Positions 24,925 through 37,543 of a DNA stretch of 64,000 nt are shown in pieces. The DNA lies in NCBI RefSeq assembly GCF_009914755.1, contig NC_060936.1; one strand, 5' to 3'. Below the pieces are notes generated by a model, which was given only the letters and a program-made list of their open reading frames with translations, was not told where the DNA came from and searched no databases. Position numbers and translations under genes: made by a program. Source of the DNA: the human T2T-CHM13v2.0 reference genome, Homo sapiens. Every line of letters begins with the position of its first letter. Positions within the stretch are counted from its first letter, which is position 1.

Positions 24925-27900
24925 TCAACTCCCACTTATGAGTGAGAACATGCGATGTTTGGTTTTCTGTTCCTGTGCTAGTTTGCTGAGAATGATGGTT
25001 TCCAGCTTCATCCATGTCCCTGCAAAGGACATGAACTCATCCCTTTTTTGGCTGCATAGAATTCCATGGTGTATATGTGCCACATTTTCTTTATCCAGTT
25101 TATCCAGTTTAATGAGCATTTGGGTTGGTCCCAAGTCTTTGCTATTGTGAACAATGGTGCATTAAACGTACATGTGTATATGTCTTTACAGTAGAATTTA
25201 TAATCCTTTGGGTACATACCCAGTAAGGGGATTGCTGGGTCAAATGGTATTTCTGGTTCTAGATCCTTGAGGAATCGCCACACTGTCTTCCACAATGGTT
25301 GAACTAATTTACACTCCCACCAACAGTGTAAAAGCGTTCCTATTTCTCCACATCCTCTCCAGTATCTGTTGTTTCCTGACTTTTTAATGATCACAATTCT
25401 AACTGGTGTGAGATGGTATCTCATTATGGTTTTGATTTGCATTTCTCTAATGACCAGTGATGGTGAGTTTTTTTACATATGTTTTTTGGCCACATAAATG
25501 CCTTATTTTGAGAAGTGTCTGTTCATATCCTTCACCCACTTTTTGAAGGAGTTGTTTTTTTCTTCTAAATTTAAGTTCCTTGTAGATTCTGGATATTAGC
25601 CCTTTGTCAGATGGAAAGATTGCAAAATTTTTCTCCCATTCTGTAGCTTGCTGGTTCATTCTGATGACAGTTTATTTTGCTATGCAGAAGCTCTTTAGTT
25701 TAATTAGATCCAATTTGTCAATTTTGGCTTTTGTTGCCATTGCTTTTGGTGTTTTAGTCATTAAGTCTTTGCCCATGCCTATGTCCTGAATGGTATTGCC
25801 TAGGTTTTCTTCTAGGATTTTTATGGTTTTAGGTTTTACGTTTAAGTCTTTAATTCATCTTGAGTTAATTTTTGTATAAGGTGTAAGGAAGGGGTCCAGT
25901 TTCAGTTTTCTGCATGTGGCTAGCCAGTTCTCCCAACACCATTTATTAAATAAAGAATCCTTTCCCCATTGCTTGTTTTTGTCAGGTTTGTCGAAGATCA
26001 GATCGTTGTAGATGTGTAGCATTATTTCTGAGGCCTCTGTTCTGTTCCATTGGTCTATATATCTGTTTTGGTACCAGTACCATGCTGTTTTGGTTACTGT
26101 AGCCTTGTAGTATAGTTTGAAGTCAGGTAGTATGATGCCTCCACCTTTGTTATTTTTGCTTAGGACTGTCTTGGCTATGCCGGCTCTTTTTTGGTTTCAC
26201 ATGAAATTTAAAGTGGTTTTTTCTAATTCTGTGAAGAAAGTCATTGGTAGCTTGATGGGGATAACATTGAATCTGTAAATTACTTTGGGCTGTATGTATA
26301 TTGTCACAATATTGATTCTTCCTATCCATGAGCATGAATGTTTTTCCATTTGTTTGTGTTCTCTCTTATTCCTTGAGCAATGGTTTGTAGTTCTCCTCAA
26401 AGAGGTCCTTCACATCTCTTGTAAGTTGTACTCCTAGGTATTTTATTCTCTTTATAGTAATTGTGAATGGGAGTCCACTCATGATTTGGCTCTCTGTTTG
26501 TCTGTTAATGGTGTATAGGAATGCCTGTGATTTTTGCACATTGATTTTGTATCCTGAGACTTTGCTGAAGTTGTTTATCAGTTTAAGGAGATTTGGGGCT
26601 GAGACAATGGGGTTTTCTAAATATACAATCATGTCATCTGCAAACAGAGTGAATGTGACTTCCTCTCTTCCTATTTGAATACCCTTTATTTCTTTCTCTT
26701 GCCTGGTTGCCCTGGCCAGAACTTCTAATACTATGTTGAATAGGAGTGGTGAGAGAGGGCATCCTTGTCATGTTTTCGTTTTCAAAGGTAATGCTCCAGC
26801 TTTTGCCCATTCAGTATGATATTGGCTGTGGGTTAGTCATAAATAGCTCTTATTATTTTCAGATGTGTTCCATCTATACCTAGTTTATTGAGAGTTTTTA
26901 GCATGAAGGGATGTTGAATTTTATCGAAGGCCTTTTCTGCATCTACTGAAATAATCATGTGGTTTTCGTCATTGCTTCTGTTTATATAATGGATTCTCTT
27001 TATTGATTTGTGTATGTTGAACCAGCCTTGCATCCCAGAGATGAAGCCGACTTGATGGTGCTGGATAAGCTTTTTGATGTGCTGCTGGATTCAGTTTGCA
27101 AGTATTTTATTGAGGATTTTCACCTTGATGTTCATCAGGGATATTGGCCTGGAATTTTCTTTTTTTCTTGGGTCTCTGTGAGGTTTTGGTAACAGAATGA
27201 TGCTGGCCTCATAAAATGAGTTAGGGAGGACTCCCTCTTTTTCTATTGTTTGGAATAATTTCAGAAGGAATGGCACCAGCTTCCTTTTGCACCTCTGGTA
27301 GAATTCAGCTGTGAATCCATCTGGTCCTGGGCTTTTTTTTTTTTTTTTTTGGTTGGTAGGCTATTAATTACTGCCTCAATTTCAGAACTTGTTATTGGTC
27401 TATTCAGGGATTCAACTTCTTCCTGGTTTAGTCTTGGGAGGGTGTATGTGTCCAGGTGTTTGTTCATTTCTTCTAGATTTTCAAGTTTCTATACATAGAG
27501 GTGTTTATAGTATTCTCTGGTGGTAGTTTATATTGCTGTGGGATCAGCAGTGATATCCCCTTTATCATTTTTTATTGTGTCTATTTGATTCTTCTCTCTT
27601 TCCTTCTTTATTAGTCTGTCTAGCAGTCTATTTTGTTAATCTTTTCAAAAAAACAGCTTCTGGATTCATTGATTTTTTTGAAGGGTTTTTTGTGTCTGTA
27701 TTCTCCTTCAGTTCTGCTCTCATCTTAGTTATTTGTCTTCTGCTAGCTTTTGTATTTGTTTTCTCTTGCTTCTCTAGTTCTTTCAATTTTGATGTTAGGG
27801 TGTTGATTTTAGATCTTTCCCACTTTCTCCTGTGGGCATTTAGTGCTATTAAGTTTCCCTCTAAATACTGCTTTAACTGTGTCCCAGAGATTCTGGTACA

Positions 27901-28747
27901 TTGTGTCTTTGTTCTCATTGGTTTCAAAGAACTTATTTATTTCTCCCTTAATTTTGTTATTTACCCAGTAGTCATTCAGGACCAGGTTGTTCAGTTTCCA
28001 TGTAGTTGTGCAGTTTTGACTGAGTTTCTTAATCCTAAATTCTAATTTGATTGCACTGTGGTCTGAGAGATTGTTTGTTATGATTTCCATTCTTTTGCAT
28101 TTGCTGAGGAGTGTTTTACTTCCAAGTATGTGGTCAATTTTAGAACAAATACAATGTGGTGCTGAGAAGAATGTATTTTCTGTTGATTTGCGGTGGAGAT
28201 TTCTGTAGATGTCTATTAGGTCTGCTTTGTCCAGAGCTGAGTTCAAGTCCTGAATATCCTTGTTAATTTTCTGTCTCATTGATCTGTCTAATACTGACAG
28301 TGTGGTATTAAAATCTCCCACTATTATTGTGTGATAGTGTAAGTCTCTTTGTAGGTCTCTAAGAACTTGCTGTATGAATCTAGGTGCTCCTGTATTGGGT
28401 ACATATATATTTAGTATAGTTAGCTCTTCTTGTTGAATTGATCCCTTTACCAATGTAATTCCCTTCTTTGTCTTTTTTTATCTTTGTTGGTTTAAAGTCT
28501 GTTTTATCAGAGAGTAGGATTGCAACCCCTACTTTTTCTTTTGCTTTCTATTTGCTTGGTAAATAATCCTCCATCCCTTTATTTTGAGCCTATGTGTGTC
28601 TTTGCACGTGAGATAGGTCTCTTGAATACAGAACACTGATGTGTCTTGACTCTTTATCCAATTTGCCAGTATGTGTCTTTTAATTAGGGCATTTGGCTCA
28701 TTTACATTTAAGGTTAATATTGTTATGTGTGAATTTGATCCTGTCAT
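24925..28747 (-). pseudogene. Disrupted L1 ORF2 (endonuclease/reverse transcriptase)
   Basis: Starts MTGSNSHITILTLNVN, includes [17 protein letters not shown] and [13 protein letters not shown], ends MFSLISGS*. Split over at least 10 ORF fragments in different frames. Confidence 0.95.
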
Positions 28748-28810
28748 TATGATGGTAGCTGGTTATTTTGCCCATTAGTTGATGCAGTTTCTTCATAGTG
28801 TCGATGGTCT

Positions 28811-29827
28811 TTACAATTTGGTGTGTTTTTGCAGTGGCTGGTACCAGTCTTTCCTTTCCATATTTAGTGCTTCCTTCAGGAGCTCTTGTAAGGCAGGTCT
28901 GGTGGTGACAAAATCTCTCAGTATTTGCTTGTCTGTAAAGGATTTTATTTCTCCTTTGCTTATGAAGCTTAGTTTGGCTGGATATGAAATTCTGTGTTGA
29001 AAATTATTTTCTTTAAGAATGTTGAATATTGGCTCCACTCTCTTCTGGCTTGTAGGGTTTCTGCAGAGAGATCTGCTGTTAGTCTGATGGACTTCCCTTT
29101 GTGGGTAACCCGACCTTTCTCTCTGGCTGCCCTTAACATTTTTTCCTTCATTTCAACCTTGGTTAATCTGATGATTATGTGTCTTGGGATTGCTCTTCTC
29201 AAGGAGTATCTTTGTGGTGTTCTCTGTATTTCTAATTTGAATGTTGGCCTGTCTTTCTAGGCTGAGGAAGTTCTCCTGGATAATATCCTGAAGAATTTCC
29301 AACTTGGTTCCCTTCTCCCAGTCACTTTTAGGTACACCAATGAAACGTAGGTTTGGTCTTTTCACACAGTCCCATATTTCTTGGAGGCTTTCTTCGTTCC
29401 TTTTCATTCTTTTTTCTCTAATCTCATCTTCAAGCTTTATTTCATTAAGTTGATCTTCAATCTCGTATCTTTTCTTCCACTTGATCAATTTGGCTATTGA
29501 TATTTGTGTATGCTTCAAGAAGTTCTCATGCTGTGTTTTTCAGCTCCACTAGGTCATTTATGTTCTTCTCTAAACTGATTATTCTAGTTAGCAGTTTCTC
29601 TAACCTTTTATCAGGGTTCTTAGCTTCCTTGCACTGGGTTAGAACATGCTCCTTTAACTCAGAGGAGTTTGTTATTACCCACCTTCTGAAGCCTACTTCT
29701 GTCAATTTGTCAAACTCATTCTCCATCCAGTTTTCTTCCCTTGCTGGCAAGGAGTTATGATCCTTTGAAGGAGAAGAGGGATTCTGTTTTTGGAATTTTC
29801 AGGCTTTTCGGGCTGGTTTTTCCTCAT
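28811..29827 (-). pseudogene. Disrupted L1 ORF1 (RNA-binding protein)
   Basis: ATG at 29827. Fragments QEIWDCVKRPNLRFIGVP, PRHIIIRL..VEMKEKMLRAAREKG and ISYPAKLSF..GEIKSF...TTRPALQELLKEAL lie in different frames. Confidence 0.93.
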
Positions 29828-31177
29828 CTTGGTGAATTTATATACCTTTGTTCTTTGATGTCAGTGATCTTCGGATCGGGTGTTTGTGTGGCTGTCCTTT
29901 TTGTTGATGTTGATGCTATTCCTTTCTGTTTGTTAGTTTTCTTTCTAACAGTCAGGACCCTCTGCTGCAGGTCTGCTGGAGTTTGCTGAAAGTCCACTCC
30001 AGACCCCGTTTCCCTGGGTATCACCAGCAGAAGCTGCAGAGCAGCAAAGATTGCTGCCTGTTCCTTCCTCTGGAAGCTTCATCCCAGAGAGCCACCCACC
30101 AGATGCCAGCCAGAGCTCTCCTATATGAGGTGCCTGTCGACCCCTGCTGAGAAGTGTCTCCCAGTCAGGAGGCACAGGAGGCACGGAGTTCAGGGACTCA
30201 CTTGAGGAGGCAGTCTGTCCCTTAGCAGAGCTTGAGTACTGTGCTAGGAGATCCACTGCTCTTCTGAGCCAGCAGACAGGTACGTTCAAGTCTGCTGAAG
30301 CTGCGCCCAGAGCTGCCCCTTCCCCCAGGTGCTCTGTCCCAGGGAGATGAAAGTTTTATCTATAAGCCCCTGACTGGGACTGCTGCCTTTCTTTCAGAGA
30401 TGCCCTGCCCAGAGAGGAGAAAAATAGAGAGGCAGTCTGGCTACAACAGCTTTGCAGAGCTGCAATGGGCACTCCCCAGTTTAAACTTCCTGGCGGCTTT
30501 GTTTACAATGTGAGGGAAAAACCACCTACTCAAGCCTCAGTAGTGCTGACCGCCCCTCCCCCAACCAAGCTCGAGCATCCAGGTCGACTTCAGACTGCTG
30601 TACTGGCAGTAAGAATTTCATCCCAATGGATCTGAGCTTGCTGGGCTCCATGGGGTTGGGATCCACTGAGCTAGACCACTTGGCTCCCTGGCTTACGCCC
30701 CTTTCCAAGGGAGTGAATGATTCTGTCTCGCTGGCATTCCAGGTGCCACCAGGGTGTGAAAAAAAACCTCCTGCAGCAGCTCGGTGTCTGCCCAAACAGC
30801 CACCCAATTTTGTGCTTGAAACCCAGGGCCCTGGTAGTGTAGGTACCCAAGGGAATCTCCTGGTCTGCAAGTTGTGAAGACCATGGGAAAAGCGTAGTAT
30901 CTGGGCCAGAATGCACCATTCCTCAAGACACAGTCTCTCATGGCTTCCCTTGGCTAGGGGAGGGAGTTCCCTGACCCCTTGTGCTTCCCAGGTAAGGTGA
31001 TGCCCCACCCTGCTTTGGCTCGTCCTCCGTGGGCTGCACCCACTGTCTAACCAGTCCCAATGAGATGAGCTGGGTACCTCAGTTAGAAATGTAGAAATCA
31101 CCTACCTTCTGCATTGATCTCACTGGGAGCTGCAAATAGGAGCTGTTCCTATTCAGCCATCTTGCCCAGGTCCCCTC
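29828..31177 (-). promoter_or_regulatory. L1 5' UTR internal promoter region with YY1 motif and antisense-promoter splice donor
   Basis: CAAGATGGC (YY1 core) on the minus strand at 31164-31156. Plus-strand CAG|GTAAGG at 30989-30997. Most CpGs have decayed, so activity is not shown. Confidence 0.7.
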
Positions 31178-31324
31178 ATAAAACTTTTGTCATATATCAA
31201 TGATTTATAATGTGTAACAAAATTGTTTAAGAATGCAAAAATTATAATGTCTCAATAATTGATGATATTTTATTTAACTAAGAACAATGTTTATATCATG
31301 GGTCATGTTGCTAAAAGACCTCCA

Positions 31325-31510
31325 ATTACCATTGCCAGGCATATTAATTATGTAGTCAGATTTAATATCCCAATACTGTGGAGCGTGTCCATATTCCCAT
31401 TTTACCGAAAGGCAAAGTACATGGCCGAGGTTCACAAAGGTACTAAACTATAGGGCCAGCCTTTGAATCAGAGTATACCTGAATCCAAAATCCATACTTT
31501 TAACCATTCC
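31325..31510 (-). mobile_element. MIR SINE
   Basis: ATTCCCATTTTAC...TTTGAATCAG...CTGAATCCAAAATCCATACTTTTAACCA. Confidence 0.6.
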
Positions 31511-31844
31511 TTAATATTACCAGGCACATTTATACAAAGTCTCACTATTATATTTGTACAGGTTGCTTTTCTTGGTATAATTCATAGCACTAAGGGTCCC
31601 CAAAGATTCCTCCAATAACTCAATTTTTATTAGTAATTTTTGTCATAGCTCTTACATGGGCCATATTCTAATTCAAGGGGCTCGTTTAATTAAAAATTGA
31701 CTGATCTTATGCAGTGTGACTTTGGTCATTTAGACCAACATTAAATTCTAAAACCAATGCAATATCTTCATTTTTACATATTTTCTCAAAACATTGACCT
31801 CCTTTGGGTAATTTCTTCCCTATAATTTGTCTATTTTCCATTTT

Positions 31845-31886
31845 AATTTTAATTCTAAGCCTAGAATTTTAATTCTAAGCCTAGAA
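31845..31886. repeat. Perfect 20-bp tandem duplication
   Basis: AATTTTAATTCTAAGCCTAG twice (31845-31864 and 31865-31884). Confidence 0.95.
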
Positions 31887-33488
31887 AAGAAACTACTAAG
31901 ATCATCCTGACCAGAACAGGTCAGTTATCAAACTGAAAACACCAAAATTTGCACCCTTTGCACCAAAATTGTGTATGTCTCCTTCCCCAGGCCCCACTTT
32001 CCAAGTGTATGTATCAGATCAACTCCATGCTGCAGCAGGAGGCCAGTAATTCACACTGCACTGATTTTTTTTCTATTTATGACAGCATATTACAGCGCTA
32101 TGGTAAGATTTTTAAAGTTCATGAGCCTCTAGCCTTGGATCAAGCCATGCCGCAGCTCAATCTTTTTCAGTCTTTGTTAGCAGTGCACATCATGTCTAAA
32201 CTAAAATATACGGAATATAGAGTGTCATGTCCAAATCACAGTCTGTAAGCTCAGGTGGGCAAGAAGTACCACTTTTTGTATATTTATGTTTTTATAACTG
32301 TGTGATGAAAATGTCATCTCAGTACATTTAAAGATGTATCCCCTCCCAACCCTCACACCCACTCTCACCTCCCACAGTCCTGCTTCCCACGGTTGTGTCT
32401 GGTTTGTACCAGATGGAGGGAGCTTACTTAACTGCACAGGAAGGAGAAAGTGAATCTGATTCGCAAACTCTATTTATCTGCAGTGGTATCCACTCTGACA
32501 TCCAGCTTCCTTTCTTGTCCTTGGTCACTGGCCCAAGCAGGTGATTACACGGTGTTCCTCAGGACCATCCACATTAGCCCCATTACGTCTAGCTGGCTCA
32601 ACTTCAGTAAAATCATTTGACCCTGTTGTTCTCTGCATCCTTCTGTGTGGTCTAGCCTCCCAGATAAAGGACAGTCAAGGGAATAACAGAAAGTCATATG
32701 GAGAGAAAAAGGAATCATTAACTAATCTAGGAAAGTAACATTTTAAATAAAATTGAATATTAGTTCTTTAGTCTGTTACTGAAAAAAAATGAAAATAACT
32801 GGCACCAGATTTTCACAAAATTTGGAGGGTGTGCTTGGAACTCTTTGACTTCAAATACGTACAGTGTGGCTAACCCAAATTCCACTTTGAAGGGACCTGA
32901 GAAGTACCTCAAACAAGACAGATAGCTATCTTTCACAGCAGCATACACTGAGATGCACGAAGCCCATGTGGCTACAATTGGAGGAGACATACCTGAGGCA
33001 TGCATACACAGAGGAAAGCCTGTGTGAGAGCCAGGGAGAAAACACAGTAAGACCTTGTGGACAGAGAAAACGTAGTGGTTCTAAATATAAGCCCACAATC
33101 ATTATCACAACGACAGATGCTTCTAATTACAGGTGTTCCATTGCCATTAAACTGCTCTCATGTGCAAACCTCCATAAAGTATCTTGTAGGCTCTGGCGTA
33201 TGTGGCAGCAGGGATTTATTTATTTAACAGTGGTTAATTTTTTCAAACAATTAAGAAGGAAGCCTTTAGTCCTCAATAAAAATGACAGGGATTTAGGGAT
33301 AATGGCACTTGCAAATGTAAAATTTTTCCTCTAATTTTGGGTCTTTGCTGCTTTCTCACGTACATCTGTGATGTACAGACTGTAGGCTTTACTGTTGTGT
33401 CCCAGCAGAACCTAGAACGGGACCTGGAAAACAGCAGACACTAATTATGGAGTTAAGTCGTGGGAATCACAGTAACAGAAATGGAGGT

Positions 33489-33897
33489 TGTAATGGGCTG
33501 ATCTGTGTTCCTCCTAAACTCATATGCTGAAGCCCCAGCCCCTAGTTCCTCAAAATGTAACCTTATTTGGAGATAAATGAGGTTGTCTATTTGGCCACTT
33601 TTATCTATTTGGCCATTTTAAATAAGTTAAAATTAGGCTGTTGGGGTAGGACCCTAATCCACCATGACTGGTATCCTTAAAAGAAGAGGAGACACCGGGG
33701 ATGCATACACAGAGGAAAGACTAGGTGAGGATCCAGGGAGAAAATGGCCAACTGCAAGCCAAAGAAAGAGGCCTCAAGAGAAACCAAATCTGCCAACTCT
33801 TGATCTTGGACTTCTATCTTCCGGAAACTTTGAAATTTCTGTTCTTTAATATCACTCAGTCTGTAGTATTTTGTTATGGCAACCCTAACAAACAGAT
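33489..33897 (+). mobile_element. MLT1B-like MaLR solo LTR carrying a foreign insertion
   Basis: TGTAATGGGCTGA start, CCCTAATCC..ATGACTGGTATCCTTAAAAGAAGAGG, CTTGATCTTGGACTTC, TATTTTGTTATGGCAACCCTAACAAAC end. Confidence 0.9.
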
Positions 33898-34819
33898 GTG
33901 AATAAGTATCTGGGCTTCATTACAAAATAGTATTTACAAATTCTAAAGACTGCCAGTTGCTTTTGTAAGCTGAAATTCCTACTCGTTTTATTGGTTAGTT
34001 CCTGTGTTTGTTTGGATCTTGCATATGCCCTCATTATATTGGCATTGTGTTATATTTGCAATAATTCACAATAGTTTTAATTTTGCTATTCTAGAATGCT
34101 TCCAATTTTGTTTTCTAAATATAAAAAAAAAGTGGTGCATTTTAGGAACTATGTTTTAGTAAATTAGATATTTAGATCTGAAATTCCACATATTGACTCA
34201 CAGTATTCAGCCTGGGACCCCACATATTTCCAACAGATGTGTTTAGGCTGATTATTTAAATGCTCAACACTTCAAATGTTCCAAGTATCTTATCTGTATT
34301 AAAACTGGTTTCAGTACTGTCTCAATTTTTTCTTTAGAAAATATATAAAATATAATTTAAGTGAGCACCAAGAAAATGTAGTAGAATGAGTCCTATGTTT
34401 CCTTTTTTATGTGATAGACACAGATAACCTGGGAATGAGTTCTTAAAGCTGTTTTTCTTATAACATACAATCTAAACATGCATTGATAAATAATATAAAA
34501 ATAGCAACAAAATAGAGCCTGCCATGCCAACTCTTAAAATATAGCTAAAAACTGAATTTCCTTAATATTCATCTATTTTGGGAACTAGTTCATCTTTTTT
34601 TCCTCTTTGTACTTCAGGTGCACAGAATTGGATTAATAATAATCCGTGGCTTATAACATACTCTCAGCATTGGTAATTGTATGACCCACTTTTATCTATT
34701 TGGCCATTTTTAATAATGTGATAAGTACACATGAATTTTCCCAAAACAAATATTGGGGCTCTGATTGCAACCCACATTCAACTATGCAGTCACCTCATAT
34801 GACATCCCTCTGAATCTTC

Positions 34820-35910
34820 AGATTTGAGGCAATAACCAAATTTCATCCCATACTCATTATTCCCTTTATTCCCTTGCTGTTGTACACAAAGAATAATTAC
34901 ATATATATGTATCTAAAGGGATATTTTAGTTTTTAACTCTATAAAATGGTATCATTAATTTTTTAGAACTTGCTATTTTTGTGCAGTATTATATTGCTAA
35001 AATTTATTCATATTTGTAAATGCTGTACTTCATTCATTTTACTACTGTGTCATATTTTAATGTGAATATACCACAGTTTATTCATCCACTGTCCTACTGA
35101 TGTCTATTTAGATTGTTTCCAGGCTATTCCATTCCAAGTGGCAATGATGTTAACATCTTTACACATATTTTTGTTGTATATGTAAATGAGTTTTATTGGA
35201 TATCTAGGAGTATAATTCTGAAGTCATATGATATATGAATGTTCAATTTTTCCAAATTGTTTAATGTTTTTTAAAATGATTGCACCAATTTGCCCTCCAG
35301 TCAGCGAAGAACATTCAGTGGACCTATTTCCTCTCCAATAATTGACACTATCAGGCTTTTATATTTTCTTCCAAAAGAACAGTGTAAATTTATGTTGTAT
35401 TATTATGTTTCTTTGTGTTTTCATGATCACTAATGGATGTGATATCGTGTAATAAACATCTCTTCATATGTTTGTTAGTCATATGAGTTTTCTCTTCTGT
35501 GTCTATTTATAACTTTTGCTACTTTTCTTACTGATTTGTAGATAATTTTTTGTGCTCTTAACACCAATCCTTTGTCCGTTATGTAGATTGTCAACTAGTT
35601 TGTGACAGTACTTCTCACTTTAAGACATCTCTTTAATGAACTAAAGCTTTTAATTTTAATATAGCAAAATATATGTCTTTTCTTTTATAGTTAACATGTT
35701 TTATGCCTTATTTAAGAAATATCTTTCTACATCCTAGACCTAAAAACCATTCATCTGGATTATCTACTAAGTGTTTAAAGATTTGCTTTTGATACTTAAA
35801 TCCTTAATCTATATGGAGTTGTTTTTTCATGTAGTGTGAGGGAAGGACCTAGTGTCATGTTTTCATAGACATTTAATGAATTATTTACTCTTCAGGCATT
35901 GATCTGTAGT
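34820..35910 (-). mobile_element. Old L1ME-type LINE-1 fragment
   Basis: TGTGAATATACCACAGTTTATTCATCCA...GATTGTTTCCAG, CATCTCTTCATATGTTTGTTAGTCAT, TTTAAGAAAT.TCTTTCTAC, TATATGGAGTTG..TTTT..TGTAGTGTGAGG. Confidence 0.8.
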
Positions 35911-36507
35911 TACTGGAAATTATTATTACATTATTCTTAAAAAAACACTCCCAAATTTTACTACTTACATAAAATTCTAATTAGTTATATAATGTTTTCT
36001 TAAATGAAAAAAAATTTGCATAGTAGGAGTTGAGGTTACCAATACTATCAAATACAATCAGAATGATTATAAAAAGAAGAGAAACAAGATGATTTCCCCG
36101 AAGCATCCCCAATCGTCTCAACAAGGCATATTTAAAAATCTGTTTTGACTAACTGGAACACACACAAATTCACACATACATATATACACATACACCATAC
36201 ACAAAAGTAACCACAATATGGGAAAGGCAAGCATAATCATTGCTCCACATATCCACTTCTATTTTCATTTTTGCATTCCTACTATGACATAATTTGTTTT
36301 ACCTCATTTTTGTATTAGCTCTTTTGAACGCTGCTTTAAATGAAACCGAATTAACCTGTACCTTATAGATAAGTAGGTCACAAATGAAGAAAAGGCACAC
36401 CAAAAAGTAAATTAATTGCCACATATCCACTATTTCAGAGGAGCTCTTGTTTCTCTGTTTCTGCTCCATCATGGTATGACTGCATCTCTGTAAAAGCAAA
36501 AGGGTTT

Positions 36508-36797
36508 GGCCGGGCACGGTGGCTCACACCTATAATCCCAGCATTTTGGGAGGCCGAGACGGTTGGATCACCAGAGGTCAGGAGTTTGAGACCAGCCTGA
36601 CCAACATGGAGAAACCCTATCTCTACTAGAAATACAAAATTAGCTGGGTGTGGTGGTGCAAGCCTGTAATCCCAGCTACTCAGGAGATTGAGGCAGGAGA
36701 ATCACTTGAACCTGGGAGGCAGAAGTTCTGGTGCGCCATTGCACTCCAGCCTGGGGAAAAAGAGCGAAACTCCATCTCAAAAAAAAACATTAAAAAA
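36508..36797 (+). mobile_element. Alu (AluSp-like) with a small right-arm deletion
   Basis: GGCCGGGCACGGTGGCTCAC start, CTGACCAACATGGAGAAACC. TSD AAAAGCAAAAGGGTTT / AAAAGTAAAAGTGTTT. Confidence 0.96.
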
Positions 36798-37543
36798 AAA
36801 AGTAAAAGTGTTTAATTTCCAAACCATTTAACAAACATCTATTAAACATCTACTATGAGAAAGTGCTGTGCTAGATACTGTAAAGAACAAAAATTTGCTC
36901 CACAATATAATCAGGGAGCCATAAATAAATCTAAAATAGGCCCATCTATGTCGTTCCACAACTGATATACCCACAAATGTTGACTGACTTCAACTACGTC
37001 TGTAATTACTAAGCACGTAAGAGGATATGGCATTGTACATTTCAATGGTCTCATTAAATAGGCATTTGTATTTCTTTTTAAAGATTCCATTTAGTAATTT
37101 CATTATGTAGGAAATTTAAAATAGAAGCAGTCAATAGCGGTAAAATTTTTAAACAACATCCATTTCCAGACATGCTTCAGACTATAATGTAAACATTGGC
37201 ATAGAAAATGTTGAATATTACTAACATATTTGATGAAGACTTTTCTCCAAAACTAGAGAAGAAGAGAAAGTAAGAAATAGTCTTTCCAAACTCTTCCTTC
37301 GTGTGGTATGTACAGTCAAACACAACTCCAGCCTACTCAGTTACTTGGCTTTAGGTTTCCAGCTGACCCAACAGCATGACCAGCTTCACATAAAGGTATG
37401 AAAATCTATAATGCCCACTCCAGGCTCTCTATTTTCCAGTCTCTCCTGTTCTATCTCTTTATGCACTCCTGCCTTTACTCCAGAGTCTCTAGTGGGGTAT
37501 CCCATCTAGGCCTTCCATTTCCAATGGCTGCATTATGGTTTCT

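Larger units (their letters stand above)
24717..31177 (-). mobile_element. Full-length (about 6.46 kb) primate LINE-1, L1PA7-like, inactive
   Basis: 5' end (reverse complement) GGGGACCTGGGCAAGATGGCTGAATAGGAACAGCTCC, 1.35-kb 5' UTR, ORF1, 63-bp spacer, ORF2, and a 3' UTR of L1PA7 type. Imperfect TSD ATAAAA(G)CTTTT at 24705-24716 and 31178-31188. Confidence 0.96.

Noticed and set aside
24925-29827. Retrotransposition-competent L1
   Set aside because: ORF1 and ORF2 each carry several frameshifts or stops, and 5' UTR CpGs have largely decayed.
30526-31101. 191-aa ORF as a gene
   Set aside because: It lies wholly in the GC-richer L1 5' UTR, where stop codons are sparse, and resembles no protein I recognise.
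33561-33570. Perfect CArG box CCTTATTTGG
   Set aside because: It resembles ordinary MLT1 LTR sequence at this position, so it is not specific evidence of function.
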